From Candidatus Hydrogenedentota bacterium (lineage in GTDB: Bacteria; Hydrogenedentota; Hydrogenedentia; Hydrogenedentales; SLHB01), in NCBI GenBank assembly GCA_034408725.1, contig JAWXCN010000049.1:1-44348 (forward strand): a stretch of DNA of 44,348 nt. Direction: 5' to 3'. Positions 9,268 through 18,406 of the stretch are shown here, in pieces. The notes beneath the pieces are model-generated. The model was not told the DNA's origin, did no database searches, and saw nothing but the letters and a program-made list of their open reading frames with translations. Both the position numbers and the translations under genes were made by a program. Position 1 is the first letter of the stretch, and each line of letters starts with the position of its first letter.

Positions 9268-10938
9268 CTATTGGCGTTTGACTGGAACCACACACCGGAA
9301 CCCAATGGTGTTCGACTGCGTTTCAGGAAAGAGCCCCTTGCGGAATGCGCAACGGAGTTCGGTCATCGGTGAATGCCACGAGCCGCCGCGCACCGTGCGG
9401 AGCGGCGGGCCGTATTGCGCTGCCGCGCGGCGCTTGGCGGGATTGTAAGGCAGGTAAAAGTCTCCGGTCCATTCATAGACGTTTCCTGCCAGATCGCATA
9501 CGCCGTTCGGCGTGCGTCCGTCGTCATGCATTGAAACGAGCGAAGCCATGTTCAGATGATCGCCATAGTTTGCCTTGTTCGCGTCGGGTTCCGTGTTGCC
9601 CCAGGGATATTTACGGTTCTCACGCCCGCGGGCCGTGAATTCCCATTGCGCTTCGGTCGGAAGCTTTTTGCCGGCCCACGCCGCATACGCGGAAGCCTCC
9701 TCCCACGTCACTCCCACGACCGGCTGCTCGGGACCCGAATTTTGCGGCATGCCCCAAAACTTTGGGTTCGGGCGTCCGGTATCCTTTAGGAACTCCGCGA
9801 ATTTCCGGTTGGTGACGGGATAGATATCGACATAGAACGGATCGACGAAATACTCGAATTCGGGCCCTTCTTCCGGCAGTGCAGAATTTCCCATAATGAA
9901 ACTGCCGCCTTCAAGGAGCACCATCCCGTCAGTCGATACTTCGCGGGCTGCATCGGATTGCACCTGCGCGAGCGCGGCCTGGCGGTAGGACCCGTCGAAC
10001 GCAGCCATGAGACGCAACCGGAATTCAGCCGCGCTTTGCCAGCGGTCTTCCTTCGGAGTCTGAATCGCCTTATTGACGATTTCGATAATCGACGGGGCGA
10101 CGTCGTTTCGCACCTGATGGATTTCGAACTGTTCGTCTATCGGGGTGCGCAGGGTGAGCAGCTCCCGCAGGATCAGCCCAACCGCATAGAGATCGGCGCG
10201 GAGATCGATGTCGAGGTGGCGCATTTGTTCGGGTGCGGCGTAGGCTTCCGTGCCAATCACGCGCGGCGCTTTCTTTTCACCATCTGGTGGAGGCGCTTCC
10301 TCATCGACTACTTTGGCAAGCCCGAAATCCAATACCTTGACGCGTTCACCGGTCAGGATCATTACGTTTTCGGGTTTGATGTCGCGATGGACCACCGTCC
10401 GGTGCGCGTAATCGAGTGCGGCGAGCATTTGCGCGGCGTAGGTGACCGCGAGCCGAACGTCGAGCAGCCGGCGCTGTTCGCGGCAACCTCGCAAAAACGC
10501 GCGAAGGGATTGGCCATGCAGGAATTCCATCGACAGGTACATGATACCTTCGGGCGTGGAACTGACATCGTGAACGGCGACAATGTTTTCGTGGCGCAAC
10601 CGGCGAGCAATTTGCGCTTCCTGCACGAATAACTGCATACCGCGCTGGGATTGCAGAATATAGGGGTGCAGAAATTTCAGCGCAACGCGCTCTTTCATCA
10701 GCACGTCCTGGGCGCGATAAACCACGCCCATGCCCCCTTTGCCGATGGGCGCTTCGATAATATACCGGTCCCCAATGCGGTGGCCAGCAATGAAATCGAG
10801 GGTAATTTCCTCGTCCTCGCCGCCCGCGCTTGGTACCCGCAATCGCGCGCCACAGCCAAAACACACACCCGACCGGCCTTCCACCGTTGGAGGGACGAGT
10901 ATCTGGAGCCTACAATCTGGACATGTGACTTGAATCAT
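9268..10938 (-). CDS. Ser/Thr protein kinase with N-terminal zinc ribbon and C-terminal FGE-sulfatase (SUMF1-like) domain
   Basis: CPDC..CFGC; GKGGMGVVY, VALK, HRDIKPEN, DFG, APE; then FIMG, PVTN, LPTEAQWE, DLAGNVYEW, RGGSW, IGFRC. Confidence 0.9.
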   Translation of the reverse strand: MIQVTCPDCRLQILVPPTVEGRSGVCFGCGARLRVPSAGGEDEEITLDFIAGHRIGDRYIIEAPIGKGGMGVVYRAQDVLMKERVALKFLHPYILQSQRGMQLFVQEAQIARRLRHENIVAVHDVSSTPEGIMYLSMEFLHGQSLRAFLRGCREQRRLLDVRLAVTYAAQMLAALDYAHRTVVHRDIKPENVMILTGERVKVLDFGLAKVVDEEAPPPDGEKKAPRVIGTEAYAAPEQMRHLDIDLRADLYAVGLILRELLTLRTPIDEQFEIHQVRNDVAPSIIEIVNKAIQTPKEDRWQSAAEFRLRLMAAFDGSYRQAALAQVQSDAAREVSTDGMVLLEGGSFIMGNSALPEEGPEFEYFVDPFYVDIYPVTNRKFAEFLKDTGRPNPKFWGMPQNSGPEQPVVGVTWEEASAYAAWAGKKLPTEAQWEFTARGRENRKYPWGNTEPDANKANYGDHLNMASLVSMHDDGRTPNGVCDLAGNVYEWTGDFYLPYNPAKRRAAAQYGPPLRTVRGGSWHSPMTELRCAFRKGLFPETQSNTIGFRCVVPVKRQ

Positions 10939-11175
10939 ACGTTTAACGGGTATAATCGCAGTACGAAATCCCGACCGTCAATAATTTTCCCGGTCTGCGA
11001 ATTTTCCCCTTCTACGACACATGCCTGATATTACTTGGAGAAACTGGAAGGCATTTGTTTCTCGGTTATCTGGGCGATGCATTAGACGGGCAAAATGCTG
11101 CCCTAACGCACCGGCGAGCATGGCGTGACCTGCTTCAAACTCTATAGTTTCTTCATCCTTCCTACGAACAGGCCG

Positions 11176-12264
11176 CTAATCCGCGGGAGGCTTGTAGTTG
11201 ACACCGGCGGATTCGAGGGCCTTCATAAACCCTTCCTTGTCGACCGCTTTTCGCCAGGCTTCTTCCGGCTCTACCGTGCCATCCTTGCAAAATCGCGCGA
11301 GTTCTTCGTTGAGGATGGTCATGCCTTCTTTTTTCGCGGTCTGCATGATGCTCATGATCTGGTTTGTCTTGGCTTCGCGAATGAGGGAGGCGACAGCGGC
11401 ATTCACGACCATGACCTCAAGCGCGGCGACACGGCCCCCGCCTTTTTTCTTGAGCAAGTTCTGCGCGACAACTCCCTTGAGCGTTCCCGCCAGCATGGTC
11501 CGGATTTGTTGTTGCTGGTCCGACGGAAACTGGTCGATGAGCCGGTCCACCGTCGAGATTGCAGTCGTCGTGTGCAGTGTGCCGAAAACAAGATGGCCCG
11601 TTTCCGCCGTCTCAATCGCGATGTGCGTCGTTTCCAGGTCGCGCATTTCACCGACCAACACAATGTCCGGGTCTTCCCGCAGGGCCGCGCGCAACGCCGC
11701 CTTAAAGCTTTTCGTGTGATTGTGTACTTCCCGCTGGTTGATGAGGCAACTTTTATTCGGATGCACAAACTCGATCGGGTCTTCGATTGTGATTATATGT
11801 TCGCTTCGTTGCGCATTGATCAAATCGATCATCGCCGCGAGCGTCGTGGATTTGCCGCTTCCCGTAGGGCCCGTAACAAGTACGAGGCCCTTCGTCAATC
11901 CGCAGAACTTTTTCACGGATTCGGGCAACCCAAGCTCCTCGCATGTCAGAATTTTTGTGGGAATCACGCGAAAGACCGCGCCCATGCCTTTGAGGTCCAT
12001 GAACACGTTGACTCTGAACCGCCCATAGCCTTCGAGCGCGTACGCAAAGTCGGTATCGTGAACGTCATTGAATTGTTGTTCGTTGGCCGGAGGCATGATT
12101 TCAAAAAGGACGGTGCGGACCGCTTGGGCGTCGAGTTCTTCCTCGCTGCGCAGGGCGACGATCGAGCCGTCTTTCCGGAAAATGGGCTTGCAGGCGGTGC
12201 AGTAGTGCAAGTCTGACGCCCCGTGTTTGCACATCATCATCAGGTACTTGTCGATTTGGGCCAT
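11176..12264 (-). CDS. pilT: Type IV pilus retraction ATPase PilT family
   Basis: ASDLH, GRFRVN, GPTGSGKSTTLAA, TIEDPIE, LREDPDIVLVGEMRD, AETGHLVFGTLHT. Start MAQIDKY at 12264 with GGAG RBS. Confidence 0.92.
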   Translation of the reverse strand: MAQIDKYLMMMCKHGASDLHYCTACKPIFRKDGSIVALRSEEELDAQAVRTVLFEIMPPANEQQFNDVHDTDFAYALEGYGRFRVNVFMDLKGMGAVFRVIPTKILTCEELGLPESVKKFCGLTKGLVLVTGPTGSGKSTTLAAMIDLINAQRSEHIITIEDPIEFVHPNKSCLINQREVHNHTKSFKAALRAALREDPDIVLVGEMRDLETTHIAIETAETGHLVFGTLHTTTAISTVDRLIDQFPSDQQQQIRTMLAGTLKGVVAQNLLKKKGGGRVAALEVMVVNAAVASLIREAKTNQIMSIMQTAKKEGMTILNEELARFCKDGTVEPEEAWRKAVDKEGFMKALESAGVNYKPPAD

Positions 12265-12295
12265 GGATTGATCTCCAAAGATGCGGCTCACCAAT

Positions 12296-12342
12296 ACGCT
12301 ATCACTTGTGGTAAAGTTTCGCAACACTACAATATTTAGTGT
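12296..12342 (-). promoter_or_regulatory. Putative pilT sigma70 promoter overlapped by two NrdR-box-like sites 31 bp apart
   Basis: Minus strand TTGCGA (12324-12319), 17 nt, TGa-TAGCGT (12301-12296). Boxes ACGCTATCACTTGTGG at 12296 and CTACAATATTTAGTGT at 12327. Confidence 0.5.
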
Positions 12343-12511
12343 TGTCTCAAAATTGCCTGTCATCCGCTTACCCAATCCCGTCGTTTATACCGGACACTAC
12401 TCTGCCATCAAGCATGGATCGGTAATGACACCTCCGGGCCAGAGTATGTATGATCGCAAATGCAAGCAGCGGGTTGGCCGGGTGTTTGGTGTCGTAGGGA
12501 GTCGGAAAGTA

Positions 12512-13855
12512 ATGGTGTGGAACTGTATCGGCTTCCACTTAAAGACTTGTTGCCCGGTCGTTCTGATGGCCGCCTTGTTTTGTTCCGGAACGGTCCTCGC
12601 TGGAGACGAAGACGTGCGGCTTCGGATTCAGGACACAGTCGCGTTTGCGGGCGGCGAAGTCGATGTATCCGTATCCATGAACGCGAGCCCTCGCCCCAGT
12701 TCAATTGCATTCTGGATCGAGTACGACGAATCCAAGCTGACTTTTCTCGAGGCGGAACCGGGTATCGTGCTGACGCTTGCCGGTAAGGACGTGAGTTGGG
12801 ATTTTCCCGCGCCGGGCCGGGTTTCCTTCCTCATTTTCGGCGTTAATGATTTGCGCATTGCGTCCGGCAAGATTTTAACGCTCAGGTTTGACGTGGATGC
12901 GGATGTCGAATCCAGCGAAGACTTGCTGGTGCAGGGTTTGAATCAGTCGGCATCCGATCCCGACGCCAACCGTCTTGAGACTATAATAGAAGGCGGCGCC
13001 ATCGACATTCTTGCATGTTTTCGACCGGCGCAACCGGCGAATTTCTCCGCGACGGATGGCCTGTTTCCCGGTTACGTGCAGCTGACGTGGACGCCGGTAT
13101 TCGGCGCACAGTCGTACGTTATATACCGAAGCGATGTGAACGACCCTGCAACCGCGACGCTTGTTGCTTCTACCTTGCTGCCGTTTTATTCGGACACGTC
13201 CGCGCAGGGGGCCAACGTCACAGGTTCCGGCGGAGGAGGGTGCAGCGGGGGGCCGGGCCAGTCCGTGGATTTCTCGATGTATTACTACTGGGTTCTCTCG
13301 CAAAACATCTGCGGACAAAGCAGCCTGACGCCATCTGAATCCGGCTACCGGGGAAACTTAAAAGCGGCAAATACTACGCGCGTCGCAGTCGATTTCGGTA
13401 GTTCTTCCAAAACCGAGCTTCAGTCAAAACCCGAGATAACGGTGGCGGACTTGACCGAGGATGGAATTCCTGATTTTCAGGAATCGGTGGGGCAGGCCTA
13501 CAACATTTTTCCAGTTGGGCAATTTGCCTCAGCTTTCACTGTCCGGGTTCCGGTACCGGCGGATGTCGAACCGTCGGAACTAATCCCTTACTTCTACGTC
13601 CGTGAGAAGGGATGGTATCCCGCGCCCAATGTGGACGGATGGCTCGAGCCGGGTACGTTGACCGTGACCGGTGCCGATGGCGACCAGGTAATTGAGTTCG
13701 GCGTCCATCACGGTGGCATGGTGCGGCTCGGTTACATCGTGCAGCCGAGGATTGCCGCCGGGATCGGACCTTTTTCCGGTGCGACGCCTCTCGCGCTGGT
13801 TGGTCTTGCGCTTGCTGTGATGTCACGAGCACGACAACGGGCTGGCGGTCGTTAA
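12512..13855 (+). CDS. Secreted/surface-anchored protein with cohesin-like and FN3-like domains and a C-terminal membrane anchor
   Basis: Signal-like segment (VVLMAALFCSGTVLA); cohesin-like GGEVDVSV..FWIEYDESKLTFLEAEPG..LRFDV; FN3-like PANFSATDG..VQLTW..YVIYRS..YYYWV; C-terminal hydrophobic stretch plus Arg tail. Start codon uncertain. Confidence 0.75.
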   Translation: MVWNCIGFHLKTCCPVVLMAALFCSGTVLAGDEDVRLRIQDTVAFAGGEVDVSVSMNASPRPSSIAFWIEYDESKLTFLEAEPGIVLTLAGKDVSWDFPAPGRVSFLIFGVNDLRIASGKILTLRFDVDADVESSEDLLVQGLNQSASDPDANRLETIIEGGAIDILACFRPAQPANFSATDGLFPGYVQLTWTPVFGAQSYVIYRSDVNDPATATLVASTLLPFYSDTSAQGANVTGSGGGGCSGGPGQSVDFSMYYYWVLSQNICGQSSLTPSESGYRGNLKAANTTRVAVDFGSSSKTELQSKPEITVADLTEDGIPDFQESVGQAYNIFPVGQFASAFTVRVPVPADVEPSELIPYFYVREKGWYPAPNVDGWLEPGTLTVTGADGDQVIEFGVHHGGMVRLGYIVQPRIAAGIGPFSGATPLALVGLALAVMSRARQRAGGR

Positions 13856-13928
13856 GACACCCTACCCAGCGGACGAATCCGATTCGGCGCGCCCTACTTA
13901 GAATTGGCCGTGTTGTCAATTCTCAATA

Positions 13929-14012
13929 CCACAAGATAATCTCGGCAATTTCTTTCAAGACCCAAGGCATAGCCACTTTCCAATTGACAACCTCAATATA
14001 TTGTGGTAGTCT
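13929..14012 (+). promoter_or_regulatory. Sigma70 promoter of the fliQ operon with an NrdR-box-like operator in its spacer and two weaker phased copies upstream
   Basis: TTGACA 13984-13989, 17 nt, TGg-TAGTCT 14007-14012. Palindrome CCTCAATATATTGTGG 13991-14006. Degenerate copies start at 13960 and 13929. Confidence 0.65.
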
Positions 14013-14124
14013 CGTTCTCAGCGGACTTGCGCATCTATGGGTTGAGCATTGAATCGCAATGCGCGCTTAAGTCTAAGGGGTGAAAAGACATAGCGCACAA
14101 TTGTGCGCGGGAAGGCGCACCGCC

Positions 14125-14394
14125 GTGAACGCGGACACCATTCTCGAATTGGGCCGCAACGCAATGTTGATGACACTGTTGCTCTCGGCCCCCATGCTCA
14201 TTTCCGGAATGCTGATCGGACTGATCATCAGTGTCTTTCAGTCCGTCACGCAGATTCAGGAAATCACCCTCACCTTCGTTCCCAAAATCGTCGTGGTCAT
14301 GGTCGCATTCGTCCTGTTTCTGCCGTGGATGATCGCGGTAATGCTGACATATGCGCGGCCGTTGTTCGGCGGATTCACCGGCTTGTTGTACTAA
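14125..14394 (+). CDS. fliQ: Flagellar export protein FliQ
   Basis: GLIISVFQSVTQIQEITLTFVPKI..PWM; 89 aa from GTG 14125. Confidence 0.95.
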   Translation: MNADTILELGRNAMLMTLLLSAPMLISGMLIGLIISVFQSVTQIQEITLTFVPKIVVVMVAFVLFLPWMIAVMLTYARPLFGGFTGLLY

Positions 14395-14414
14395 AGGATC
14401 GTGAAGAGCGTGGA

Positions 14415-15182
14415 ATGTTCGAGGTAGAAGTATTCAAAGTGTTCATCCTGGTGCTGGTCCGGTTCACGGGACTTATCGTCACCGCGCCGGTGCTGGGTTC
14501 GAACAATTTTCCGATGACCGCGAAGATCGGGTTGTCGGGCCTTGCTGCCTTGCTCATTACACCTACGGTGCCGGCATTGGCCGCGCCATTGCCCGATGAT
14601 GCACTTTCGATGGGCGTGCTCGTGATCGGCGAATTGCTGATTGGGATAAGCATCGGTTTTGTCATGACGCTGACCTTTGCCGCGATACAAATCGGCGGGC
14701 AGGTGTTGGACATGCAGACCGGGTTTGGACTCATGAACATTTTCAATCCCGCGCTGGAAACGCAGGTGCCAATCTTTGGCTTCTTCCTGTTCCTGATCGC
14801 GGTGCTCTATCTCCTCGCGATTGATGGTCACCACCTGATGATTCGGGCGTTGGCCTCGACTTTCGAGCAAATTCCCTTGGGTGGTTTTGCGGCGCGTCCT
14901 GAGTTATTGGGCGAAGTGAGCACCTGGGGCCGCGCCATGTTCATCGATGGTTTTCTGATCGCCGCCCCCGTTGCGGGAGCCTTGATGCTCGCATACGTGA
15001 CAATGGGTTTGCTGGGGCGTCTCATTCCTCAAATCCATTTGTTCGTCATCGGATTTCCGCTGACAATCGCGCTGGGCCTTACGGTGGTGGCCTTGTCCCT
15101 GACCATCTATTTGCAACTGCTGGACGGTATGTTCACGCGAATGTTCCGCGACGTGGACACCCTTATCCGGGGGATGGCTTAA
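14415..15182 (+). CDS. fliR: Flagellar export protein FliR
   Basis: ELLIGISIGF, GQVLDMQTGFG, IDGHH, RLIPQIHLFVIGFP; highly hydrophobic. Confidence 0.95.
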   Translation: MFEVEVFKVFILVLVRFTGLIVTAPVLGSNNFPMTAKIGLSGLAALLITPTVPALAAPLPDDALSMGVLVIGELLIGISIGFVMTLTFAAIQIGGQVLDMQTGFGLMNIFNPALETQVPIFGFFLFLIAVLYLLAIDGHHLMIRALASTFEQIPLGGFAARPELLGEVSTWGRAMFIDGFLIAAPVAGALMLAYVTMGLLGRLIPQIHLFVIGFPLTIALGLTVVALSLTIYLQLLDGMFTRMFRDVDTLIRGMA

Positions 15183-15185
15183 CCC

Positions 15186-16310
15186 ATGGCGCAGGATACC
15201 GGCGGCGAAAAAAGTTTACCCGCGTCGCAATACAAGATTCAGAAGGCGCGGGAAGAAGGCAACGTCGCGAAGAGCCAGGATTTAACGGCCGGATGGTCAT
15301 TGATGATGGCGCTGGCAGGCGTCTGGTATCTCGGGCCGGCGGTGTTCGAGTCGTTGCTTGATGCGACCCACTATTACTTCTCGAACCTGTCGAACTTTGA
15401 TCTCACGCCGTCTACGTTTGCAAATTTTTCCGTCGTCAGCATCTGGCTAACAGCAAAGGCCGCGGCGCCGCTTGTGCTGTTGCTGTTGGTGGCAGGTGTC
15501 ACAATGAACGTGATCCAGGTTGGCTTTTTGTACGCGCCAAAATCCATCGTGCCGAAACTAAGCCGGGTCAACCCAATCTCCGGGTTTCAACGTTTTTTCT
15601 CGGCGCGCACGGCCGCGGAACTCGTGAAATCGATCCTCAAACTCGTGCTGGTGAGCGTTGTCGTATATTGGGCATTGCGGAACCGGTGGGATGATGTACT
15701 GCTCGCTTCGTATCTCACGCCGCTGGGCGCCTCCATCGTCATGACGGAGTTGGTGCTCGTCGTTTGGTTCCGCGTGGTGCTGGCAATGCTCGTGCTCGGC
15801 ATTCTCGATTACGGGTTTCAGCGTTGGCAATACGGGCGCGACCTCATGATGACCGTGCAGGAAGCCAAGGAAGAGGCCAAACAGTTCGAGGGGGATCCGC
15901 GCATTAAACAGCGCGTGCGCCAAATCCAGCGGCAAATGGCCATGAAACGAATGATGAGCGAAGTGCCGGCGGCGGACGTCATCATCACGAACCCAGTGCG
16001 CTTTGCAGTGGCCCTGCGCTACGACCCGTCGAACATGCAGGCCCCGGTTGTGGTTGCAAAAGGCGCGCGCCTGCTTGCGAAACGCATTCGCGAAATAGCT
16101 GAAGAACACGGCGTGCCCATCGTCGAGAAACCGGAACTCGCGCGCGCGCTATTCAAGAATATCGAAGTCGGTCACAGCGTGCCGGACAACCTGTTTCGCG
16201 CCGTGGCGGAGGTATTGGCATTCGTGTACAAGATCGATCAACGCCATGAAAAAATCCAGGAGCGTGCCGCATTTGGCGGCGCGCCACACCTGGCGGTCGC
16301 GGGAAATTGA
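15186..16310 (+). CDS. flhB: Flagellar export switch protein FlhB
   Basis: AREEGNVAKSQDL, NPISGF, EGDPRIKQRVR, ADVIITNP, APVVVAKG, LARAL, AVAEVLAFV. Confidence 0.95.
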   Translation: MAQDTGGEKSLPASQYKIQKAREEGNVAKSQDLTAGWSLMMALAGVWYLGPAVFESLLDATHYYFSNLSNFDLTPSTFANFSVVSIWLTAKAAAPLVLLLLVAGVTMNVIQVGFLYAPKSIVPKLSRVNPISGFQRFFSARTAAELVKSILKLVLVSVVVYWALRNRWDDVLLASYLTPLGASIVMTELVLVVWFRVVLAMLVLGILDYGFQRWQYGRDLMMTVQEAKEEAKQFEGDPRIKQRVRQIQRQMAMKRMMSEVPAADVIITNPVRFAVALRYDPSNMQAPVVVAKGARLLAKRIREIAEEHGVPIVEKPELARALFKNIEVGHSVPDNLFRAVAEVLAFVYKIDQRHEKIQERAAFGGAPHLAVAGN

Positions 16311-16332
16311 CAGGGAAACCCGATAGCAGCCC

Positions 16333-18405
16333 ATGGCCAATGAACTAACACCACCACGTCCGGCATCGCTGGGCAATCAGGACATCATCCTCGCCGTGTG
16401 TGTGGTGGCCGTGCTGTTGGTGCTGGTTATTCCCATTCCGACGTGGCTGCTGGACTTGTTGCTCACTATCAATATTTCGCTGTCAGTGGTGGTGCTGATG
16501 GCGACGATTTATCTTCAGCGGCCGGTCGAGTTCGCCGTGTTTCCATCGCTCCTGCTGATGTTAACGCTGTTCCGGCTGAGTTTAAACGTCGCCACGACGC
16601 GCCTCGTACTGAGCCAGGCGCACGCCGGGGCGGTTGTTGATGCGTTTGGCGGATTCGTCACGAGCGGAAGCTACATCGTGGGAACGGTGATCTTCGTCAT
16701 CCTGATTGTCATTCAGTTCGTGGTGATTACCCGCGGCGCGACCCGTATTTCCGAAGTCGCCGCCCGCTTCACCTTGGACGCAATGCCCGGCAAGCAGATG
16801 GGTGTAGACGCGGATTTGAACGCGGGGTTGATCACGGAAGACCAGGCGCGTGCGCGACGGCGCGGCATCGAGCGCGAAGCAGATTTTTACGGCGCCATGG
16901 ACGGTGCAACGAAATTCGTTCGTGGCGACGCCATTGCCGGACTCATCATCACCATCGTAAATATTCTCGGCGGCCTCGTGATCGGCATCGCGATAAATGG
17001 CATGCCGATAATGGACGCGTTGCAGGTATATACGCGGTTGACGATTGGTGACGGCTTGGTGTCGCAAATACCCGCGCTTATTGTATCGACCGGCGCGGGT
17101 CTGCTGGTGACCCGCACTGCATCCGAAGACAATCTTGGCCGCGATCTTTCCCGCCAACTGACGCGCTATCCGCGCGCGCTCGGGATCAGCGCGGTGCTTC
17201 TCGCGCTATTCGGAATCGTGCCCGGCATGCCGACGATTCCCTTCCTTTTCGTCGCCGCGATCCTTGGCATTGCCGCGGCGCAAACGGCCCAGGCCATTCA
17301 ACGCGAGGAAGCAAACGCCGAAGCGCACGAGAAGGCCGGGAAGGAACGCGAGGCCAAGCCGGAACCCGCTCGCACGGAAGACCTGTTGAACGTGGACACT
17401 CTGAAGATCGAATTGGGCTACGGCCTGATTGCATTGGCTGATTCCAAGCAGGGCGGCGACCTGCTGACGCGCGTGCAACTGCTGCGGCAGCAGATGGCGT
17501 CGAAGATGGGCTTTATTGTGCCGGTGGTGCGCATCGTGGACAACATGCGGCTCAGGCCAAACGAATACCGCGTGAAGTTGCGCGAAAGTGAGATCGCGCG
17601 GTACGAATTGATCGCAGACCACTATCTCGCCATGAACACGGGCTTGGTGGAAGAAGAGATCGTGGGTATTCCAACAAAGGAACCTGCGTTTGGATTGACG
17701 GCGACCTGGGTGCCGCAATCACAGCGGGACCGGGCCGAGCGGTTGGGATATACCATCGTCGAGCCGACGGCCGTGCTGGCGACACATCTGACCGAGTTGA
17801 TGATGATGCATGCGCCGGAAATTCTGAGCCGGCAGGACACGCAGAACCTCGTCGATCACATCAAGCAAAGCGCGAAGAGCGTTGTGGAGGAACTGATTCC
17901 GGCGGCGCTCAGCCTTGGCGAGGTGCAAAAAGTATTGCAGGCGTTGCTGCGCGAACGCGTATCGATTCGCAACCTTGAGGTCATTCTCCAAACGCTCGCG
18001 GACTATGCGCCGCGCACGCGCGACGTCGAAGTGCTTACCGAATACGCGCGGCACGCCCTGGCCCGTCAAATCTGCGCGACGTACGCGGATGAGGAAGGGC
18101 AGTTGCGCGTGGTAACGCTTGCGCCGGAGATGGAGCGCGAACTGCTCGATGCAATTCGACAGGCGGACGCGGGAGACTACGTTCCTATTGATCCCACGCG
18201 CGCGGAGGCCATCGCGCGCGCGACCGTGCAGGCGGTGCAACCGCTGGTGCTTTCCGGGCAGGAGCCTGTCGTGCTGACATCGGCGCAAGTGCGCCGCTAT
18301 TTCCGCCGCATCGTCGAGCGGCACATGCCGAAGCTGATCGTGTTGTCGTACAACGAAATTGATCCCGCTGTCCGGTTGGAAAGCGAAGGTCAGGTGAGCG
18401 CATAG
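16333..18405 (+). CDS. flhA: Flagellar export protein FlhA
   Basis: FPSLLL..RLSLNVATTR, RISEVAARFTLDAMPGKQM, FYGAMDGATKFVRGDAIAG, LSYNEI. Confidence 0.96.
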   Translation: MANELTPPRPASLGNQDIILAVCVVAVLLVLVIPIPTWLLDLLLTINISLSVVVLMATIYLQRPVEFAVFPSLLLMLTLFRLSLNVATTRLVLSQAHAGAVVDAFGGFVTSGSYIVGTVIFVILIVIQFVVITRGATRISEVAARFTLDAMPGKQMGVDADLNAGLITEDQARARRRGIEREADFYGAMDGATKFVRGDAIAGLIITIVNILGGLVIGIAINGMPIMDALQVYTRLTIGDGLVSQIPALIVSTGAGLLVTRTASEDNLGRDLSRQLTRYPRALGISAVLLALFGIVPGMPTIPFLFVAAILGIAAAQTAQAIQREEANAEAHEKAGKEREAKPEPARTEDLLNVDTLKIELGYGLIALADSKQGGDLLTRVQLLRQQMASKMGFIVPVVRIVDNMRLRPNEYRVKLRESEIARYELIADHYLAMNTGLVEEEIVGIPTKEPAFGLTATWVPQSQRDRAERLGYTIVEPTAVLATHLTELMMMHAPEILSRQDTQNLVDHIKQSAKSVVEELIPAALSLGEVQKVLQALLRERVSIRNLEVILQTLADYAPRTRDVEVLTEYARHALARQICATYADEEGQLRVVTLAPEMERELLDAIRQADAGDYVPIDPTRAEAIARATVQAVQPLVLSGQEPVVLTSAQVRRYFRRIVERHMPKLIVLSYNEIDPAVRLESEGQVSA

Positions 18406-18406
18406 C

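Noticed and set aside
9268-9420. FGE/CLec C-terminus as a diversity-generating retroelement variable region
   Set aside because: No template repeat or reverse transcriptase seen in the window.
11125-12216. 363-aa plus-strand ORF opposite pilT, and similar long antisense ORFs over groEL, gmd and the GT4 genes
   Set aside because: Shadow ORFs from GC3 bias; the opposite strand carries clear family motifs.
13912-13991. Inverted GTTGTCAATT / AATTGACAAC as IS ends or a divergent promoter
   Set aside because: Only 10 bp, no transposase or target duplication, and the leftward -10 is poor.
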